DNA from: the human T2T-CHM13v2.0 reference genome, Homo sapiens
Length of the DNA stretch: 64,000 nucleotides
Reading direction: 5' to 3' (one strand)
Assembly (NCBI RefSeq): GCF_009914755.1
Contig: NC_060926.1
Part shown: positions 54,163-64,000 of the stretch, piece after piece
Layout: every line of letters begins with the position of its first letter
Numbering within the stretch: position 1 is the stretch's first letter
Translations under genes and position numbers: made by a program
Notes under the pieces: generated by a model
The model's database searches: none
What the model was told of the DNA's origin: nothing
The model's input: the letters and a program-made list of their open reading frames with translations, nothing else

Positions 54163-54235
54163 CTTCAAAGAGAGAGAAAGGGGTGTCTGGTGTTCTGCAT
54201 CCATGTTCTCCATACTCTAAGCACCATTCAGCAAA
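54163..54235 (-). CDS. LANCL1: LANCL1 exon (likely 9): FAEWCLEYGEHGCRTPDTPFSLFE(G)
   Basis: 73 nt, TTCAG| acceptor and G|GTAT donor, LanC-family SLFEG motif. Confidence 0.96.
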
Positions 54236-54669
54236 CTGAAAATGAGACCAAGTTAAATTAGTATAGTGATTTCTTCCAGAGACAACCCCAAAAGTTAAGA
54301 GGTTGTCTATACAAATTACTCTGAAAAATCAAACACTACCTTCACATCAGAGAAAGGAGATTAATGCAGAGAAAAGGATGGTTTGAAAGAGTACACAGCA
54401 TGGGAGGAATTTAATGAGCTGTCTGAGTCACGTATCTACAAGGTTATTCAAGAAGAAAGGCACAAAATCACCCTACATCTTTATTTTTTTCTCCCATTAA
54501 TGCTGTTGAGTAGAATTATGTCCCTTTAAAGGAATGCTAATTTAATTGAAAGGCTTTTCAAGGTTTTCCTTAAATAACTGTATTTGTTATCCAAGACCTA
54601 TGGTTTTAGGGATAAATGAATTAAATCAGATGAACTAGAACTCTTTCTACAACCTCCTGGGAGACCTGC

Positions 54670-54958
<289 letters not shown>

Positions 54959-54991
54959 AGCTGCTTTCTATTTGGTGGTTCTGACTCCTAC

Positions 54992-55168
54992 CTTACAGGC
55001 CCTATACAGGTACTTCATGTCCTGTGTGAGGTTGTAGAGTGTCAGGAAGGCATAGGCATTCCCTGCAGAACCGTGGCACAGCCCATATCCCTTCTTCAGC
55101 AACCCATATTGCCAGATCACATCAGCACACTGATAGGCATCACAGAGATACTTTTCCTCTCTGAATAC
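54992..55168 (-). CDS. LANCL1: LANCL1 exon (likely 8): VFREEKYL..GYGLCHGSAG..YRACK
   Basis: 177 nt with AG/GT sites; the CHG motif supplies zinc ligands (C322/H323 in human numbering). Confidence 0.97.
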
Positions 55169-55914
55169 CTGCAGAGGCAAAGGACACATTTTATTATACG
55201 GGATATAAAAGAAAGTTCCATTGATATTCCTTCCTGATAGATAAGAAGGAAAGAGGGAGATGGCTTGGCAAGAAAGGGTAAAGGATTTAGTGACAGAGGG
55301 ATGTGTTATGTTGCTAGTGACAATTACTAAAATCGACTAGTTTGGCTTTAAAAAAAACTGTGCATGACTTTGGCATGTACAGTCTAAGTTTTCTGCACAT
55401 GTGTGTATGTTTATGTGGGTGTTACTGAGGAAGCAGCATTATTTAACTTGCAACTTGCTCTTATCATGAGTGACTTTCCAAAGAACACATGCTATCTTCT
55501 TTGTAACTCTGATGCCCTCTTCACTATTAGGAAGTTTCTTTACACACTGGAGAAGAACAACTGTTCTTTATTAAATATGCAGTCAGAAAAATAGAGATAG
55601 ACCTTTACAATCTTTTACTGCCTCCTATATCTTCATCAAAGACTTAGGAAATATTCTGAGTAGATATTTTTAATATCTCATTGCAACCTAAGTGTTCTTA
55701 AAAGTAGGATAAGGCAGTTTAAAAAGTTTTTCTATTATTAACATATCTAATTCTCTGAAATGTAGAATATGATACACTAAAAGCTTATTTATGAGATGCC
55801 AGCGCCCAGCGATAGTCTGCAGAGTTGTAATTTGTTGATTTGGCACCAATGGTCATAGATATCTTTTTTTTTCTCAACTAAAAATCTGCGTTGATTGCAG
55901 TTCTGTGAAGGCAT

Positions 55915-56235
55915 GCTTTCTATTAGTGTTATTTATGCACTACAATGGAATCATACAATATTTGTCCTTTTATATCTATTTATTTCACTTAGCATGTTTT
56001 CAAGGTTCATCCATGTTGTAATATGTATCAGAAAGTCATTCTTTTAATAGCAGAATAATAATCCATTGCATTGTGATATGTTCCATTGTATATATGACAT
56101 TTTATCAATTCATCTGTTGATGAATACTTGGATTATTTTCACCTGTGGCAATTATAAATAATGCCGTTATGAATGCTTGGTTTTGGTTCTTTCGAGTACA
56201 CACCTAGGAGTGGAATTGCTAGATAATATGCTGGA
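55915..56235 (-). mobile_element. Intronic L1M 3' fragment
   Basis: AATGGAATCATACAATATTTGTCCTTT..TTTTCAAGGTTCATCCATGTTGTA..CCTAGGAGTGGAATTGCT. Confidence 0.7.
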
Positions 56236-56465
56236 TCATAAACAATATCTCATTGCAACCTAAGTGTTGTTAAAAGTAGGATATGAAACAATGGCTGCTA
56301 TGGTACAGATAGATGGTGAGAATGAATTATAATTCATTTAGTAAAGTGATCTTAGGTCCCACAAGAGATTTATTTATTGTTCCTTTATGGATTAGGATAA
56401 AACTAATTTTAAATTATAAATTTTTGGTTATTTAAAAAAATTTATTTCAAAAATACACACAGTAC

Positions 56466-56648
56466 CTTATAGGCCTGGATGAGCATGTAGATTACCCCAG
56501 GGGCGCCATGGCACCAATGGACAAGCAGATCTCGATTATCACCTATACATGGAGGGTAATTGCCAGAAGGGAATTTCAGCTGGCAGACGTAGTCTACACT
56601 GGGCTTGACCAAACTATGTAACTTCCCTTGGCTCACTTGAAGGCTGGG
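56466..56648 (-). CDS. LANCL1: LANCL1 exon (likely 7): PSLQVSQGK..VHWCHGAPG..QAYK
   Basis: 183 nt with AG/GT sites; WCHG zinc-ligand motif (C276). Confidence 0.97.
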
Positions 56649-56905
56649 CTAAAAATGAGAAGGAAATTATTAGTTCTGATGAAGCAAATAAACCTTCCTA
56701 GGTCTCAGTATATTTAAACCAGAAAAAAAGCATGGCTAAGGGGAAATGGAAGGTCATTAAGAGGTTTTGGATTTCATCCAATTTTTCCACCTATTGGATG
56801 CCTTTATTTTAAGCTTTTGTGATTTCATTTAAAAATTTTAAACAATGGGACAAAGTAAAATTGCTATCAGTTAACTCTTAGGGCCTTTTGTATATATGGT
56901 TTTTC

Positions 56906-57235
<330 letters not shown>

Positions 57236-59373
57236 TAATTGCTATCTACATACATATAAATAATTTTCCTAAGTCAATGCCTATGAATGTGAGTGTAAGA
57301 GAAGTTTCTCATGGTTTCAATATATAAAACAAGCTTTAAAAGTCACAAAGAGATGCACTGGACAAACCAAGCATGACTTTCGTTATTACATTTAGAGAAG
57401 AGATAGGTGGTATTTTCAATAGAAAAAGGATACTAACAAGTTAAGAGACCTGGAATCTAGATTCCAAACTACAGCATGCCTCTAGATCAAGTCTTTTTGC
57501 AGAGGATTTAGGACTGATCTAAATGCCACATTATTTTGACATAACAACGTACAGATCCATAGGACATACTGACATACAGCATATGAGCCACCATTTTTGA
57601 TACACATTTTAGTTTCTCCTTTTGGTCCTGTTCTTAATTCAATGACTGCTAATGTCTTTAACAGATTCAAAGTGCTGTTTCACTAGGCAAGGTGTGGGGC
57701 ATGTGGTGGTGAGGGGTGGGCAGTGGTGTGAAGCACAGGCAGGAGGCGGTCGTGGTGGGGTCAAAGCAATGCTGACAATATGACTTCCACAAGATTCTGA
57801 AAGTGGACTGAGTTGTTTAGAAGGCAGATTTCATTTCATACAAAGAATAGCATTTAAGCTCAGAGTGTTACAGTAGAATGAGTGGACTCTCCTCAAACTT
57901 GCAGGAATTACCCAACATGGCCTAAAAATAATGATGTTTTATTTTATGTTGATGAAGGCGTACCTACTAGAATAGACTTTCAGGATTAAAAATTAAATCA
58001 TTTCAAAGAGATGATAACCTGCAAATGGAAAAATCAATACTTGGGTTTTCAGATTTCTTACTACAGCTAACACAAGGAGGCAGAGTATGTCTCCTGATTA
58101 TTTGTTTCAATGAAAGTTTGATGAGGCTGTCTAGTCACTAACCAACTATGTCTCCTGATTATTTGTTTCAATGAAATTTCGATAAGGCTGTCTAATCCTC
58201 TTTGGAGAGGGCCTCTAGTATGTTTGATTCTAACTAACCTTGAAACTTCAGAAGACTCTTCTTTCCTGAAAGCTTTTAGGAATCTACATTTACTACTGGG
58301 AATAGAGAGGAAGACATGCACCAGAAAAATAAAGAAATTTAAGTCTAAATGTCAACATCCTAATTATATAACCTCTAATTGAAAAGTGTAGAATAAATAC
58401 GCTAGTCTCTGATTGCCACTAACACTCAATGTGTGACTCTGCATTCAAAAATAATAATAATCTTGAGTTTTTCAGTTCTGTTGTCCTTGTTTATTTATAG
58501 GTAGAGGGCAGGTCCAACACTGATCTTGTATTATAAGAGCCAGCTACTCAAAGAGCTGGTAGTATGTATATCCAAGCACTCCTGCTGAACACGTTAATGA
58601 AACACTTTTCTTTATGCCACAGTGTGCCTTGGGAAGGTGACAGGGGTACCTCTGCTGCCATTAAAAATCAATTTTCTTTGCCATGAATTCTTATTCAGAA
58701 GTGCCAGTTTCTCCTTAAGGAGAGCTTCGTAAGTCTCCCAAAATGATGCTCTCCTGAGAAGTCCTCTTCTGATCTCTCCCAAGTTATGTCTGCTGCAGTA
58801 AATTCTATCTGTCTTTAGTCTATTTGACTTTGGTTGATGTGCCCCAATAGTATTAGATCCCAAGAACTGTAGGGCAGAGCATATTCAGCTGTTTTTCAGG
58901 TAAGTAGAAGTCTCCTCAGCTTTGCTCTCTAAGTGAGCATTAGGCAACAAGTGCTCATTTGTTTTCTATTGATTTTGTTCTTATTCCTGGAATTTGTTGG
59001 AATCAGTTGTACCTTTTAATGTGGAATAATAGTTTTAATTCAAAGCACTGGCTGAAAGAGCAGAGCAGAGGCACTTCATACAGAATTATAAGTCAAAACA
59101 CTTTAGTCTGCACAAGTGGCACTAAGTGGGCAAGCACGATCACCTGCAAATCAAACATCATTTTAAAACGCAGGGCCTTTAATGTTTATACACTTTTAAA
59201 GGCACCTTCGTAAACATTACTTTTGTTTGTCTAGGACAAGTAATTACAAGGAGAGTACTGTAATGCAGTGGTTGACAGAATGACAAACTAGAACTAGAAT
59301 ATCTGTTTTCTCACCCATGATAGTACATGGGTCAGGAAGGACATTTTAAAATTTCACCATAATCACTCCTTAC

Positions 59374-59520
59374 CTGCATCAGGTAGTAATAAATTCCAGC
59401 CAGGCCATGAGCAGCCCCTACATAATATTCCTGGTACCATTCATACATCAGTGGAGACTTTGCCGTGAAGTTTCTCTTCCTAGCTAGGTTTTCTCCAGAG
59501 GTTAAAATTGTTTCACAAAT
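59374..59520 (-). CDS. LANCL1: LANCL1 exon (likely 6): ICETILTSGE..YVGAAHGLAG..LMQ
   Basis: 147 nt, CCCTGTAG| acceptor and CAG|GTAAGG donor; GAAHG motif (H219). Not in the supplied ORF track. Confidence 0.97.
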
Positions 59521-60083
59521 CTACAGGGAGAAAACCAACCAAAATAACAAGTTAACTGAACAAAAATCTTCCTGGAGGAGGTAAAGACTTTTTTGCTAAG
59601 AGGTACTGGGGAACATGACAAATTAGACACCAGCTTATAGCCAGGGAAAGGCACAGTTTAATTCTCCATCAGAGAAGTGTGTGGGACTGTATTTAGCCTA
59701 GAAGGGGGAGGGCGTAGAGGATCTTGAGCTCTTTGCATTACAGTTTACAAGAGTTCGCCTGTCAAAGAAAAGCATAAACTCCTCTAGGCACCACCAAAGG
59801 AGATCCTCCATCTGGGAGGTGAAATTTGGCTCTAATCCTCTTTGGAGAGGGCCTCTAAATTCTGAAATGGAGCAGACTGGCCTTCGGACTCTTGAGACAG
59901 AAATGTTTCCAACAGCACTCCGTAGAAAGCTATTGGTTCTTGGACTGTGCCCAACCTTTAGAGGTCCAGATACACCTTCCTTTATATGGAATGTGCTAAC
60001 TACAGAGACATAAACAATAGTTTAGGCAGATAGTAAGTAAATGGGATCCTAAAAAGGCTCCTAAAAACACAAAAACGTGGTAC

Positions 60084-60219
60084 CTGCTGAATATGGCTTT
60101 GAGGAATCTTTTCCACTCCAAAGTTCTTATTGACAAAAAGAAGAGCATAGATGTAGCCTATTCGCCCATAGAGCATTTCATTTGGAGCATGAGGATCAAT
60201 CTTATTTAGGTGAATTAGC
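60084..60219 (-). CDS. LANCL1: LANCL1 exon (likely 5): (R)LIHLNKIDPHAPNEMLYGRIGY..SHIQQ
   Basis: 136 nt, TTTTTAG| acceptor and CAG|GTAC donor; LanC-family E.LYGR.GY motif. Upstream exons lie beyond the window. Confidence 0.96.
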
Positions 60220-60651
60220 CTAAAAATAAAAATACATGCCCCAAATAATTTGAAAGGAACCAGGTATTGGTGTATACTTAAAAATGGTACATTGAAAAAA
60301 ATATACATGCACACAAAATATGTATTTATACATATATAATATCTATTTATAGAACAGTCACGGTTCACAGATTAGCCCTCCATTAAATTTCTTCACTTAA
60401 CAATGGAACTGACAAATACATTCATAAAATGAAAGAATACAAACGTATGGCTGAGGCTATCTGAAATCTCCCTAGTTCCTCATGGAGGCAGGCCCTAAGG
60501 TGAGTATTTTAGCAGTTGGGGTCAAAGAAGCCAAGAACTGCTGGCTTTTAGGGCATTTAGCCCAGAGAAAGGACTAAGCCAACACTCAAATGGCCCATCA
60601 TCTCCTTCCTTGGTTTATTTCTTAATGTGTCACCAGGCCTACTTGAAGTAG

Positions 60652-60979
<328 letters not shown>

Positions 60980-61299
60980 AATACATGCAAATATTAATAG
61001 TACAAGAGGTGTCAGTCAGGTCTCCATCTCCTCAGTCTCCCAGCCTTCTAGTTCTCCTCAGAAATCACCATGGTTACCATTTTTTTGTGTGTATTCCTAG
61101 ATTTTATGTACACATAAGCATAAATATACATATGTATAAATATTCTACAGCTTGCTATTTAACAATACATCTTGACAATGGTTCCATAACAGCACACAGA
61201 GTAGTCACATTCTTTGTAATACTTGCATAGAACCCCACTGAATTATAGTTCATTCAATCCCTACGGATAGACTCAGTTGAGCTTCTCAGAAAAAGTTAC

Positions 61300-61990
61300 T
61301 TTCAGTTCTGATTTCAGGTAAGATGGAGCAAGCATGCTCTGCACCTTGTGTCTCCCTCAAAATGTGGCTCTAAAACCTGGACAGGATACAGCAGCTATTT
61401 GAGGTCTCTGAAAAGCAAACAGTAACATGCAAAAAGGGGAAGAGGACAGGAATCTGAAGTAGCACCAAACCAATGGTGAGTTTACCATTTTTTCTCTCTG
61501 GTATTCCCCGGTCTGAACTCAGTACAGCACAAAACCCAAAAGTAGGCACAAGTAGGCTTATAGAGACCCAGAAGAAGCCCTCTAGTGCTGTCTGAACAAA
61601 GAGAACTCCTAATATCAGAGAGAATGGGTTAACCCTCCATTTTTCTTTATTTTCCTTTTCTCAGTTCTCTTGTGCCCCAAGCTACAAAGCAATCTCATGC
61701 TGGGAGCAGGTGCGAAGACAAGGGGAGCCCTGGGAGCCTAAACTCTGAGGGAGGGAAATTTCCCCACAGATTGGAGGAACTGCAGTCTTAGGAGGGGGTT
61801 ATAAGCCCCCATTGCTTTACTTCTCTGTCCTCCACATCACCTGGCCCCAGATGCATGCATAGTCATAGACATGGCACAGCAGGGTCATCAAAGCCCCACC
61901 CTTTTCATCAGAGACCAAAAGGGGAAGCCTCAGGAACCAGCAAGTAGGGGAGAAGATCACAGAGGGAAGTCAGTTTAGGAAAGTAACCAT
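61300..61990 (+). mobile_element. Probable old L1M 5'-end fragment
   Basis: ACTT..TCAGGTAAGATGGAG start and purine-rich 5'-UTR-like sequence. Family assignment tentative. Confidence 0.4.
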
Positions 61991-64000
61991 CTTTGGTAGT
62001 TTGACCTCTGAGAATGTTCCCTTTTTGGGGGGAGGGGAGTGGGCAGCAAATATGATAGGGAAGAAAAATGTCCTTGCTATTTTAGATGTTTTGTCACATG
62101 AAATTTTGAAGTGCATCTCAATCATCCCTAAATTAGCCTATAAATTTGATATGATCCTATTTAAGTTAAAACATTTTAATTTTTGGTGAAACTTAACAAA
62201 ATGATATTAGCACAAAGAGCCAATGAAACTCTGGAAGAAAGTAGTAATGAGACGACATTAGCCCTAACAAATGTTATCAGGTAGCTTTCGACACTAAATC
62301 TTTGTTCTTAAAATTTTTCATCTGTGAAATAAATAGTCCCTTCCAGTTTAGAAATTATCGTGTTTATCTATATGGAAATTTAATTTTAAAGTAGTTAAGC
62401 AGAAGCAGTGTGCCGTGCCTGTGCATGTCTGTCATCTAACTTCAGTCTATACACTAGGGATGGTTAATTAGCATTTGAAGTAACAAACATCAGGTCCCTC
62501 CAACCCCCGCCCCAAAGTGATGTATTTGAAGTACTCTAAGCAGGAGTCAACACTCAGAGGTACTCAGCACTGAAGTGCCTCTTTTTCATATAGGAACTTT
62601 ATCAAAATCTACACCAGAGAATTTGTTATTATTAAGGAATGATAGAAAATGGTTTTTCATTGGTGGAATGAGTGGTAAAGATGGGCTGGAGGTTTGGAAG
62701 ATGGTACGGGCTTTCCCACTCTTTGATGAATAAAGTCTAAGAAGGGCTTGAGGGCAATGTGACTTTCTCTGAGCTACAAAAACAGGGTAGGAGACTGTAT
62801 GTATGTATGTATGTGTGTCTAAAGAGTATCTTCTTCCTAAAGTGTTTGCACAGTTGGCAGAATTGGGCACCCACTTGTGCTTTCATTTGAACATACTCAG
62901 AAGGTAGGGGTAGAGCTGAGGGGGTTTACAGCCTTTACTGCCAGTCTCTGGAGACCACCAATATGTACAACAAAAACAAACAAAATCAAACAAAATCCCA
63001 AGCAAACAAAAACCTAACAATTGTTACCACCAGGCTATAGATACAGTGAGTGAAAACATCCTAGCTCAGCAAGGAGGGCAGATATGAAAGAGAACAATCT
63101 TCCTCTCCCATCTCCCTCTCCACTACTTCCACACGCTTGTGGTGAGGGGGGAGAAAACATTTAAAATGAAGAGGATAGGTTTTAAATAAGCAGAATGAGA
63201 TGATTTTAGTGAGTGAAAGTGGCTGACAGTTATGAAAGAAAGACTGAGAGAAACTTATGAAGGAGTCTTTAAGGGAACTGCAGGAAAGTGGGGGTTGAAA
63301 AAGCATGGCTAGTTGCAGTTAGTGAAACAGTTTAAACTTTTTCATATTATTTCCTCATCAAATTGAGGCAACTCAAATTAGTTAAATATGCAAATGCTGG
63401 CTCATCCATTTTTTTCTTCTACAAATATAGGCAACAATTCATAGTGAAACAGTGGTTATCTTAGGAAGAGATATACTGAGAAATAGATAACCAAGAAACT
63501 TGGCTAGAGGTTTCTTTCCTTTTTCTTCTAATACATTTTCTTGTATACTTTGACCTTTTTTAAAACAATAGGGCTTATGGATAGAATTATGGGCCATTTT
63601 GTTTTCTACTTCGATACCATATATATCTACACACACACACTCCCTTAATTTTTAAAAGTAATTTTTAATTTTTGAATACGAATTTTAAATTTTTAATAAA
63701 AACATTTATTAAGAATTTTTTTTCTCATTCCAGAACTGGGAGCTCAGTAACGTTGGGGCCATAAGAAAACAAAATGTGTTTATTAGATACAAATTCAACT
63801 GTTACAGTAAACAATGAATATCTCAAGTTTTGATATGAACCTATTTTTAATATAAATGTGTCAAATTATATAGAAGTTCAATATAAAGTACTTTTGACTT
63901 ACTTTTGCAAAGATTGAAAGAACTATGAAAAAAAATTACTGTAATTTTTTTTAAACACATACTGTTCTATGGAAGTATTACACCGAATTACTGCATTGAT

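Overview
Primate, very probably human, genomic DNA. The right-hand ~14 kb holds the 3' part of LANCL1 (LanC-like protein 1) on the minus strand: six coding exons with canonical splice sites encoding the C-terminal ~264 aa, and a ~3.2 kb 3' UTR. The rest is repeat-dense: a THE1 MaLR, Alus, a full-length L1PA, nested L1/MLT1/Tigger1 stacks, an internally deleted two-LTR MER11/HERV-K11 (HML-8) provirus, a solo LTR13-like LTR and a MER85 piggyBac MITE. I see no new protein-coding system; the short ORFs are repeat-derived or noise. The most interesting signals are: (i) strand- and LTR-asymmetric CC>CT editing of the provirus 5' LTR U3, consistent with APOBEC3G acting on plus-strand DNA; (ii) several locally templated insertions, one ending exactly at an L1 target-site-duplication boundary; (iii) a candidate antisense exon plus a palindromic two-way poly(A) signal at the LANCL1 3' end. 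Repeat subfamily names come from my recollection of consensus sequences, and all counts were made by eye.
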